Below, in pieces: positions 1 to 9,169 of a stretch of 64,000 nt of DNA; within the stretch, counting starts at the first letter, position 1, and every line of letters starts with the position of its first letter. The notes under the pieces are model-generated. The model was not told the DNA's origin and did not search any database. It saw only the letters and a list, made by a program, of their open reading frames with translations. This stretch comes from Rhodosorus marinus CCMP1338 (lineage: Eukaryota; Plantae; Rhodophyta). Location of the stretch: positions 62,001-126,000 of the forward strand of contig JAMWBK010000004.1 in the NCBI GenBank assembly GCA_029953675.1, in the 5' to 3' direction. The translations under genes and the position numbers were made by a program.

Positions 1-552
1 GACGGCTGCCGCCTTCACGCTGCTCTCCCGTTCGGAGAGCCCGTCAGTGTGCCTCGGGGACAGAAACTGCGCCGAGAAACGGTCGAACGCGAAATGCAGG
101 GCGACCTGTGGGTGCGAATGCAACCAGCGGGCGCTCTCAGGCCACTGTTCGGTGGGCTTGACCAGTAAGGCCTAGAGGTACGTCGCCGCGTTCGATGTGA
201 CGAGGAAAACGACGTCCCGACCCTCGTAGTTGGCAAAAACAAAGCGTTCTCGACTACAGCCCAAGGATTGCGCAAAGATGTTCCGGAAATCGCGCATGTT
301 CGGAACCTGGCCACGGGTTGTTTGCGGCCGAACGTTCCGCACCCGGACAAATTGCAAAGCCGTTTCTGTAGGACCACCCTGAGGCTCTTGCGGTGGTAAG
401 AAACGCCCCTTACCTGCCGTACGGGCGCTAGTGGTGCCTTTCCGCAGCACCGAGATGTACGAAGGCTCCGCCTTGGGGCGACCACTCGCACCCGCCGGGG
501 CCGGAGGCTGCTGACCCACGGAGGGCTTGTCAGGAAGAAAAGTCCGCGCCAA
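1..552 (-). pseudogene. Decayed ORF1 of a second RLE non-LTR family (paralogue of family A ORF1), running off the left edge
   Basis: Translation SYISVLRKG..LQFVRVRNVRPQT..RDFRNIFAQSLG..FVFANYEG..VFLVTS..TYL*ALLV..HPQVALHFAFDRF aligns by eye with A ORF1 TYSQVLRRG..FHFVWMTNVRPQT..RDFRDTMASSLG..FLYVDFTG..CFLVTD..QFLQSLV..RPHVSLFVEFDRF. In-frame TAG at 172-174; the frame is closed just upstream of 552. Confidence 0.8.
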
Positions 553-1230
553 AGGATTGGACTGCTAAGGATGGCGAAACGGCTTCAACTGCCTCCAAAC
601 CGATTCCCTCAGATTGACCACAACTGTTTCCTCCAGTCCCCGAGCGCGGAGGCTCGTTTTGGACCCGCTTTCCTCTCCCCACTTCGCACTGTCCCAAGCA
701 GGCGTACAGCCCCCACCTGTTCCGGGACAGGTTTATTTTGACTGTACTCCCGATGTTGACTGCCTGGGGCAACCGTTGCAGCACTTCTCGAATTCGAATT
801 GCCGTCCAAACTTAAATTTTCCCCCGACATCAGCCCCGATTCCAGCCAACCGAGCCAAAGGGATAGCTGGGGTAGATCACCCGCGGCGGTGATACTACTC
901 TTGATTAGGTTTGCTCCGGGGGTATTGATTTGGGAGTTTTTCGGAAAGTGGAGGGCGAAAACTGGTGAGAGTCCTTATCGTTCTGCCTTCCTTATCATCT
1001 ACCCCTTAAGTAGAGTGTAATTAACTCTCCCTACTACGCTATCAAAGGAGTGGTGTTGATCCCGCGAAACAACAAACGGTCAACACAGCATTCAACGAGG
1101 GCAGCATATAAAATTTGGCCCAGCACCCTGGCTGTCATCACACCCCACCAGAACCGTATACAGAGACCAAAACAAGCCCAAGCTCCCCATGCGTTGCACG
1201 CAGATGCAAACTTCACCCAAAAGACGACTT

Positions 1231-1285
1231 TTCGAAACGAAGATTGAGCGTGGCGCTGTTCAAAACGCTCAGTCTTCGTTTCGAA
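1231..1285. other. 21-bp inverted repeat (hairpin) with 13-nt loop
   Basis: ttcgaaacgaagattgagcgt (1231-1251) vs acgctcagtcttcgtttcgaa (1265-1285); one mismatch, which is a G-U pair on the + strand. Confidence 0.85.
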
Positions 1286-1635
1286 GCAGCACCCTAACGC
1301 TCTCGAAGGTTCAGCAATGCCGAAACACGTCTTCGTCAAAATGGACGACCTGCACCAATTTTGCCGGTATGAGCAGTAATCCGGCAGCATTCAGCAAGAG
1401 CGAAGATACCGCTCTTGGTGAGCGACAGAGGAGCTTGCCTCCAGAACTACAGTGGCGTTACCCCTTCGTGATTTGCTGAGTAAATTTCAGCCACTTTGCG
1501 GAATGTATACGGTAGTTCATCATGAAAGAACCCCGCGACTACGCGATAACTCCACCGCAGTGCATTCTCAGTACTGATCTTCAGAAGTCAATTTATTCAG
1601 AATCTAGTATCTACAGACACTGTGCCTCCATAACA

Positions 1636-3180
1636 TTAGGCGAAATCGTAAAGGATCTGAAGATCAACGTACTTGGAGTAATCAAAACTCCCGTCGCCGT
1701 TGGGTCTATACACACGGATATCTCTGGCAGTCTCTGAAGGGGGATACAATTTGAACGTCTGGGTTGAGAAGAGAGTGTCGTCACCTAACGTAAGACCTCC
1801 GTCGGAGTCTTTAACGGTCACCTCGATTTCCTTGTAGATTCCGACACCAAACTGGAGCTGCTCAGAGCCCCAGTTGGGCGTGTTGTCGTTGTCGATCGTC
1901 TTACTTGACGTAGATGGAATCTCCGGAGCATTTCCAATATATCGAACAGCTCTGACAATCACATATGGATCGGAATCACCAGCGTACCAGGGATCGTTAC
2001 CAGGGACGACGCCACTGCGCACGATGACTGTCAAATCGCCATAGTTGTACTCACAGTGCCCGCCATCGAATCCCCTAGCGCATTGGCATTCATATCCCGA
2101 CCTCCGGTTGATGCACGTCCCACCGTTCATACAGTAGACCAGTCGACAGCTGTTCTCCTCAGCCGTTGCTTCAGTCTTAAACCGCAGCAATCTTGTACAG
2201 CTCATTGGCGATGTGCACATCCTGTAGTACTTATCTCCAAGCTCTGTCGGGTAGAGCTGCTCGTATATCACGGGCCTCTTCCCTTCGCTCTTTGGGTCCG
2301 TCACTTTAACGCGGAAGTACTGCCAACGGCCAACTCCGAACATGAAATCATGTAACTTGTACCGCGGGTTAGGTACGGAGAAGTCCACGATCTGAGTCTT
2401 TGAGCGCCTCTTTCCTTGGTCGTCCACCATCAGCACTCGGACCTCCAAAACCCCGGAAAGGTTTCTCTGACTCTTAAGTTTGAGCGTAAACCGCCTCGAA
2501 GGAATGTAGGCTGGGCAGTTGTAGAGCCTGTTCACGGTACGGATATCACCATCGCTTAAGCTATCCCTCGGTTGTAACGGCGCAGAGTCTGGTACAGGAA
2601 TGTAAGTCCGCTTTCCATTTTTTGACAAGAATTTATCCCCGTACTGCATGACGGAGGAGAAGTCCAGAGCAACGCCCTGATTATCAACCTGATCCCAAGT
2701 GTTCTCATCGAAGCGTCGCTGGTTCTTCTTTCCGTTCAGAATGTTCTTCCTGGCGGTCGCAACGTAAGCGCCCCGGTCAGGTCGGTTTAGCTCGTCCCAG
2801 AGCCCCACGGCGTGTCCAATCTCATGAAGAGCTTGTGATGTCAGGCTGGGCCTCCCATGGCACCTTGGGTGAATGGATACCTCACGAATTCCAGCTTTAT
2901 ATCCGACTTTCGTATCGTAGCACGCTTCAAGCTTCGATACTAGAAGTATTCGGTTGTCTTGTGACCTCTGCAAAAACTTTAGACACGTAGTATTCTGATA
3001 CTGGTCAATTGCTTTCTCATATGCATCCCTCACGTCCGAATCAATAGAAGAATCGTACTGATAGTAGATCCACTGTGTAGGCCAGACTCGCGCAGAGTCG
3101 CGCACAGAAGAACTCCCCAAGCACGCCTGAAGAAGACAGAAGGCCAGCAGCAGCAAACTCGCAATACCTCCGTTCGCCAT
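1636..3180 (-). CDS. Secreted astacin-family (M12A) metalloprotease-like protein: signal peptide, astacin domain, degenerate C2-like domain, EGF, C2 domain (514 aa, uninterrupted)
   Basis: Hydrophobic N-terminus; RVWP..IYY astacin start; CLKF, C...VG; HEIGHAVGLWDELNRPDR zinc motif; SVMQY Met-turn; EGF CRLVYCMNGGTC..YECQCARGFDGGHC; C2 signatures GNDPWYAGDSDPYV, TPNW, VKDSD..GDD. Confidence 0.92.
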   Translation of the reverse strand: MANGGIASLLLLAFCLLQACLGSSSVRDSARVWPTQWIYYQYDSSIDSDVRDAYEKAIDQYQNTTCLKFLQRSQDNRILLVSKLEACYDTKVGYKAGIREVSIHPRCHGRPSLTSQALHEIGHAVGLWDELNRPDRGAYVATARKNILNGKKNQRRFDENTWDQVDNQGVALDFSSVMQYGDKFLSKNGKRTYIPVPDSAPLQPRDSLSDGDIRTVNRLYNCPAYIPSRRFTLKLKSQRNLSGVLEVRVLMVDDQGKRRSKTQIVDFSVPNPRYKLHDFMFGVGRWQYFRVKVTDPKSEGKRPVIYEQLYPTELGDKYYRMCTSPMSCTRLLRFKTEATAEENSCRLVYCMNGGTCINRRSGYECQCARGFDGGHCEYNYGDLTVIVRSGVVPGNDPWYAGDSDPYVIVRAVRYIGNAPEIPSTSSKTIDNDNTPNWGSEQLQFGVGIYKEIEVTVKDSDGGLTLGDDTLFSTQTFKLYPPSETARDIRVYRPNGDGSFDYSKYVDLQILYDFA

Positions 3181-3503
3181 GCTTCAATCGAACAAGAGAA
3201 ACAAACCCGCTTAAATCCAGAATTGTGGACGGAGTCAGCTGCTTCCCTCTACCTCCTGCAATTTTCCGGCCGGTGCTTCTATTTATTCCTAGGAGAATGC
3301 CGTCAATGCTCGATCAGCCGGATCCGGATCCATTTCTTCAAAGCCTGCTTGCACTTTGAGAAAGAAACCACTAGTTTCTTTTCGTAACGAGAGTTTTCCG
3401 TACAGGGTATGATAATGTTCTCTTAGCTGTCAGCTTGTGGTGATACTGGCCCGGAAACAACCAGAAACCTTCATCAACCGATATCTCTGCAGCCCTCCGA
3501 GCT

Positions 3504-3695
3504 AGTCTATTCCCTACTGAATATTTGGCGCTCTTGAGGCGTTTAAGTGTCTCCCTTTGGCGATATTCCAGCGACATGCTTTCCGAGGCGCGCCATCGGC
3601 GCCTGGGGTTGCATGCTTGCCTCCCTAGTTATTAGTTCATCTTCACGCCTTGCGTAGCGCTTCAGGCTATGCTAGTAAAGTCCAGTCTATTCCCT
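3504..3695 (+). mobile_element. Family B 3' fragment (~170 bp) with 12-bp TSD
   Basis: Nearly identical to the end of 14865-16693; AGTCTATTCCCT at 3504-3515 and 3684-3695. Confidence 0.9.
3652..3672 (+). other. Family B 3'-terminal stem-loop (present in all B 3' ends)
   Basis: GCGTAGC-gcttcag-GCTATGC immediately before TAGTAAAGTCC; the diverged copy near 41870 (GCTGTGC) keeps pairing via G-U. Confidence 0.65.
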
Positions 3696-4226
3696 TCAGA
3701 GAACGGTAAAACGAAAAAATGACATCGCGTCAGCAACTTCCTGAGTTTTGGATAGCCCGAACCGTTGTCATGCAGCGTTCGCCAGCTATTTGGCAGCATA
3801 ATCAATCAAAGCTCTGGCAGAGTTCATAGAGTTACCCAGCTCTCTGTGATTAGAGAGACGGTGTCACGTTTGGGCTCACAGGAAATTCTTAGTATGCCGC
3901 CCATTCGTCTTGCTTCACAAGTTCACTAACTCACGGCCCGCGGTACAACCCGATAAACCGATCGGGTGTTCATAGTGTGCATAGAATCGAAACCAAAGAA
4001 GGCAGACATTGTGGAAGCACTAGTCAATGTCATCGACGGCAACCGGAATGCAGCATGAGGTCAGCGCTCTCGCGAGCGGATCCCGGATTCGGAGGAATCA
4101 TCGAGGTTCGTACGAGGATAACAGATCCTTCGTAACGCAACCCCGTAGCATTTCCTACGCTTTACATTGTAATCCCAGTTGACGTTATGACTAATAGCCC
4201 AGTAGCCTTTATTCATCCTAGATTTA

Positions 4227-4605
4227 CAACCAGAGGCAGGGCAACCAGAGGCAGGGCAACCAGAGGCAGGGCAACCAGAGGCAGGGCAACCAGAGGCAGG
4301 GCAACCAGAGGCAGAGCAACCAGAGGCAGGGCAACCAGAGGCAGGGCAACCAGAGGCAGGGCAACCAGAGGCAGGGCAACCAGAGGCAGGGCAACCAGAG
4401 GCAGGACGATCAGAGGCAGGGCAACCAGAGGCAGGGCAACCAGAGGCAGGGCAACCAGAGGCAGGACGACCAGAGGCAGGACAACCAGAGGCAGGGCAAC
4501 CAGAGTCAGGGAAACCAGGGGCAGGGAAACCAGAGGCAGGGCAACCAGAGGCAAGAACCCACGGCAGGGTAACCAGAGGCAGGGCAACCCACCGCAGGGC
4601 AACCC
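4227..4605. repeat. 15-bp minisatellite (CAACCAGAGGCAGGG)n, ~25 units, degenerate toward the right end
   Basis: Directly visible; one 14-nt unit near 4553 shifts the phase. Confidence 0.95.
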
Positions 4606-4746
4606 AATTTGCTTTTTTAGTAATATTATAGTAAATAACGCGAACACTTTCAAACTATTCTAGTTCTTTTATCTTGGCCACAAAAAATAGAAATAATTGG
4701 TGGGTCGGTTTTCTTTTACCAATGATAAAGACGAATGGATCACGCA

Positions 4747-4791
4747 GTATTTTAATTAAAATTAACCATTCGTTCGTTCGTATTTTAATTA
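4747..4791 (+). mobile_element. Family A tail-only micro-insertion (21 nt) with 12-bp TSD
   Basis: GTATTTTAATTA [aaattaaccattcgttcgttc] GTATTTTAATTA; insert resembles the A terminus gattaaaccattcgttc. Confidence 0.75.
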
Positions 4792-4999
4792 GTCCAACGA
4801 ATTTATAGTTTTTAATTACTATAAATTCATATATTTATGTGGCCTAATCACCGAAACGGATTTATTTAAGGTTAGAGTCGGTGCTGGTCCTGGCTGCTGG
4901 CGGTGGTCTACAATGATTGTATTGATTCGGAGAAAGAGAGGAAACGAAGAAGGAGATGCTTCCTATGATCAGCGAATGTATGTTTCGGGGCAGACAAAG

Positions 5000-5275
5000 A
5001 TGAGGGGTAAAAAGAACTATTGAAGGCAAAGCTCACGCGCTTCCAACATCAAACCGACGTTAGTCCCCAGACTAACGTCGGTTTGACTCCCGGTTCCCTC
5101 TCATAGGACACCCACCCGAGTTAGTTTTCCAATAAATCTAACAGGCATCTCAAACGGGTAAACGACGAGGAGAGCCGCTCGGGGTGCTCACGGAACCCTT
5201 CGCGAAGCCAACGGGAACCAACTGGAGCCTACGGAATCCATAAATCCAAACCCCTCAATTAGCAAGAACACCAGG
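5000..5275 (-). mobile_element. Decayed family A-like 3' end containing a ~90-bp insertion with a perfect 17-bp hairpin (5049-5086)
   Basis: LIEGFGFMDSVG resembles A IIECFGFMDSVG; tcaaaccgacgttagtc-ccca-gactaacgtcggtttga. Confidence 0.65.
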
Positions 5276-5329
5276 CCATAGGCGGGGTGATTGATTTGGA
5301 ACCTGCACGCTTTTGTGATAAAGGAAGCT

Positions 5330-5639
5330 AGTAGAGGCAGCCAGTCTGCCTTACGCTGAGGGTCGCTCTCACCGGTTCCAGCCATTCATTGTGGAAAGCT
5401 TTGGTCACGTCGATAAGTCGGGTTTAGAGTGGTTGCGGAAATGTTTTGCTGAGCATCCTACTGAATATTTGGCGCTCTTGAGGCGTTTAAGTGTCTCCCT
5501 TTGGCGATATTCCAGCGACATGCTTTCCGAGGCGCGCCATCGGCGCCTGGGGTTGCATGCTTCCCTCCCTAGTTATTAGTTCATCTTCACGCCTTGCGTA
5601 GCGCTTCAGGCTATGCTAGTAAAGTCCAATAGAGGTAGC
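5330..5639 (+). mobile_element. Family B 3' fragment (~290 bp) with 12-bp TSD (10/12 match)
   Basis: Encodes ..ESFGHVDKSG..LHASLPSY*; agtagaggcagc 5330-5341 vs aatagaggtagc 5628-5639. Confidence 0.88.
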
Positions 5640-5879
5640 GAACGTAAGTAGCTCCCTCAACGGGATAGTACACCAGATTCTCAGGGAAAATACTCCTTGC
5701 AGACGAATCACGTGCGATCACATTCAGCGCTTGAGCTAATAATTGGTTCCCGCCTGGCCGAAGCTAAAATCTCACCATTGCGCTCAAGATTTTATGTGAT
5801 GTCCGCCGCATAGTCCGTTGCAGCCTTCCCAACCGTCCAAGTGCCTCCACAATAGAAGGACGGTCGTTGTGATAATCCA

Positions 5880-6210
5880 TCGCATCTCGACAATGTACCC
5901 GGTTCCCAACTTCCCCTGGGACCTCAATAACGAGCAGGACGAAGCGATGCGCTAAGGCTGATTAAAGTACCCTAGCGGCGGTAAGCAGCTTCATAGTAAA
6001 CGGTCCGCTTAAGGTGGCGCATGATGGTGGCAGCTAGCACCGCGGTGTGGCGACGGGGGCCAGGGAGTAGCCGCGATTCGCCAGCGGACAGGGCTGTCAA
6101 GTCGTACGATATCAAAATAAGTATTCTGACGTCCATCAACATCCGCAACCACCAAGTCACCAGCGCTCGGGCGCTTAAAACCGATCTCAAGCCGCGTCCA
6201 GTATTGATTT
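5880..6210 (-). pseudogene. Decayed RLE domain of a further non-LTR family
   Basis: Frameshifted segments GDLVVADVDGRQNTYFDI, AATIMRHLKRTVY and LAHRFVLLVIE parallel A ADLVITCDD..TYVDL, AASMRRRKEIKY and LAHRLVPLIIE. Confidence 0.6.
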
Positions 6211-6779
6211 AACCTCGTGTCTCTCTGGTTCGCAAGAATCTATCGAAGAAGAAGATTGATATCCAATCAATCTACTTTGTTGATTGAAACATATCTGACT
6301 TCAATCTGTCGTTATCGGACATTTATCAGACGAACCCCATTTTTTGCTTTCCAATTCAGGCCCAGTGACTTTTTTTCGTACACGAGCCAGAAAGAAAAAC
6401 CTTTCTTTTATTACAAAATTCTGATCTAGTAAACTTGTACGGACCATCCAAAAATATTTATCGGACCATATCGGACGTTTTTATCCGACCCATTATGACA
6501 TCCCCCAAAAATACAATCATTAACTAAAAATAAAAATTTGAAAATAACTTGAAAAAAGGAGTATCCATAAAATAAGAGAAAACGAAAACACACATGAGGT
6601 GCGTGATCGGTCAGCAGTTGTGAGCGTCTGCTCACGGATACACTAGGCTGTGCAGGTAGTACCAGAGGCCAACGGATTTATGCGACTTTTTGCATGGTGT
6701 TGTGATCTGGAGTGTCCTCACACACGGATCTGGAATCGAGGGTTGATACCCAAATGATCAACGCTTATGCCTCGTCTAT

Positions 6780-7223
6780 GAGTGATGTACTCGTGTTCTG
6801 ACGGAGTCGTTGAAACAATCGGTCTAACACTGGGCTTTTACTAGTCTAACACTGGCACAGTGAATTTTCAGTCAACCTTTCTCCGAAGAATTGCGCAGAT
6901 CACTTTTCGCGAATAAAGCTCCTTTTCACGTCTCAAACTGCCAGCTGGTTATTCCTCAATTACTCCATATTTCCGGTTTTATTCCCTCCTAATTACTCCC
7001 TAATTAGGTAATATATTCCAATTCTATCCTTTTTCCTCCTATTTTCTTCCCTCTCTCCAGCTAACCTGGGAATATCGAGTTTGCCCATCGTACTTATACT
7101 CTTGCTCCATCGGGATGAGCAATAACTATTAAGATCAAAAGGGTGTTGCACCTCCACAGATTTTGGCACAGCCCGAGCATAATTTTGCATAGCCGGATAT
7201 TGCTGGAAGGTGGAGACGTCACA
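6780..7223 (-). repeat. Probable 3' LTR of the Ty3/gypsy element (left boundary uncertain)
   Basis: On the minus strand the purine tract GAAAGGGA is followed directly by TGTGACG at 7223, shortly after the chromodomain stop; TATAA and AATAAA motifs inside. No second LTR to confirm. Confidence 0.45.
6822..6855 (-). mobile_element. Family B tail-only micro-insertion (10 nt) with 12-bp TSD
   Basis: GTCTAACACTGG [gcttttacta] GTCTAACACTGG; the minus strand reads ctagtaaaagcccagt, similar to the B end ctagtaaagtccagt. Confidence 0.6.
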
Positions 7224-8920
7224 TCCCTTTCACGGGAGAAGATTAAGCGCGGGGTCGGGCAGATTCAGCAGCACGATGAAAGTTCCTGTAGTAGTGAATT
7301 TGCCTTTTTGTAGCAGCGGTTTGTGGCAACTGATGAGCCGCAATCCATCGAGCATCAGCTACAGTTTCACCCTCGAAGTATACCATATATTCGCGGTTCC
7401 CTCTGGTTTCATCCGATGACCAAGTACGGATTTGATTTCGCCTCCTGTTACTTCAGCTGCAAAATCGGGTCTTTTGAGTTGAACGTTGTCGGGGGTTCCC
7501 ATAAATTTCTTCAGCAGGGAAACGTGGAACGTTGGATGTATCTTCATCTCTGCTGGCAACGTTAGCGTATAGGTGGCATCATTTATCTTCCGTTTGATGC
7601 GAAAAGGGCCGATGTACCGCGGTCGAAACGGTTTAGGGTCTTGCAACGTCAGGTTTCTGGTCGATAATAAGACCAGCTCGTCAGGGGTAAAGTCAGGATT
7701 ACGCCGTCTCGCATCATATCGTATCTTCTGGATTTGCTTAGCATAAAGCATGTTGTTTCGTGCCTCCAGGTATAGGTCGTGTTGATGTCGTAGAAGAACT
7801 TCTGCTGCCTCAGGTAAGGGAGAAACGGTAGCCTCCTGTGCACGTGGTACTATTAATGTTCCCGGTAGCTCGGGGTTTCGTCCGTACAAAAGTTCGAAGG
7901 GCGAGTACTAAGTAGATTCCGAGATTTGCGCGTTGTAGACCAACTCCGCCATGGGAAGATCAGAGGCCCATGTCGCTTGGCTACTGTTACACCGCAAATA
8001 GGTCTCCAAAGTCTGGTTAACTCGTTCTGTCTGTCCATCCGTCTGGGGATGGTATGACGTACTTAAGTGAGTCTCTACCTTGAGCATCCTCATTAGTTGC
8101 TGCCAAAAGAGCCCGGTAAACTTGGAATCTCGATCGGAGACCATCGTCCGCGGTAAGCCTGCAAAACGCACCCAGTGTTCGAAAAACAGCTCTGCCGTCA
8201 TACGAGCGTCTGCATCCGTCCTTGTAGCGATAAATTTCGCGTATTTCGAGAAACGGTCAACAATCACCAGAATTGCGTCAGCTCCGGACTTAGTCATGGG
8301 AAGACTAACAATGAAATCCATGGTGATGTCCTCCAACTTTGACTCAGGTACAGGAAGTGGTTGTAGAAATCCCTGAGAAGCTCTCAGTGGTTTTTGCCGT
8401 TGACAGATTTCACAGGTTCGGATCAGGGACTGAACATCGTCTCTTAAGGTCAGCCAGTAATAACGCCTCTTTAACAGGTTCACCGTTTTATGAAGGCCAA
8501 AATGTCCCCCCGTTGGCTCTTCGTGATAAGTTCTGAGCAATTTATCGACCATTGATTCAGGTACGCAAATACGATGATGTCGATAGAGGACGTTATTCCT
8601 TTCGACAAAACCCTGCTCCGCATATTCTGCAGGTCGCTGATAGATCGCTGCAAACTCTGGATCGCGTAGGTACGCCTGCGGCCAGTCCACATCGGTCGTA
8701 ATCGACGATACAGCCAGTTGCTGAATGGCGTGTCTGCTTAGCGCATCCGCAATGTTGTCACTGCCCTTTCTGTATTCGATATCAAAGGTAAACGGCAATA
8801 AGCGATTTACATATCTCGCCTGTCTTTTGGTTAGCTCCTTTTGCGAGTGTAGAAAACGCAAAGGGTTATGGTCGGTGCGAAGCACGAAGCGTTGCGCCTC
8901 TACAACACCCCATCGGTGCG
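7224..8920 (-). mobile_element. Ty3/gypsy chromovirus pol remnant: RNase H C-terminus, integrase (HHCC, DDE, GPF) and chromodomain; frameshifted, upstream part missing
   Basis: RTDHNPL..IEYRKGSDNIADALSR; H..H..CEICQ; MDFI, SDRD, HPQTDGQTERVNQ; YIGPFRI..HPTFHVSLLK; IKSVLGHR../EYMVYFEGETVADARWIAAHQLP across a frameshift near 7390. Confidence 0.92.
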
Positions 8921-9169
8921 AGAGTTTTCGGTTTCGTGAGGGTGTATGGTGCTGGCTTTTGGTGGTTTTGAGTCGCAACTGTGTTCTTCGGTGGGAGGCG
9001 CTTCTTTCTGCAGCCTTTCCCCCGCATCTTCTAGTGGTGTGGTGCGTGCTGGGGGTTGCTAGCGCCCCTTGGAGGTCGTGGTTGTTTTTCTTTGGTTGCA
9101 AACGTTGGGAACAAGTTCTCTTTTTGGGGGTTTCGTGGGGGAATCGGTTTTTCACACCTTCCAATCGTT

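Noticed and set aside
4187-4663. Protamine-like (TRGRA)n and hydrophobic (LVALP)n ORFs
   Set aside because: By-products of a stop-free 15-bp repeat; the phase break changes the peptide mid-ORF and the minus ORF lacks a convincing ATG context.
7908-9164. 418-aa ORF as a single protein
   Set aside because: Its first ~80 codons are the antisense of family A's 5' UTR fused by chance to the gypsy pol frame.
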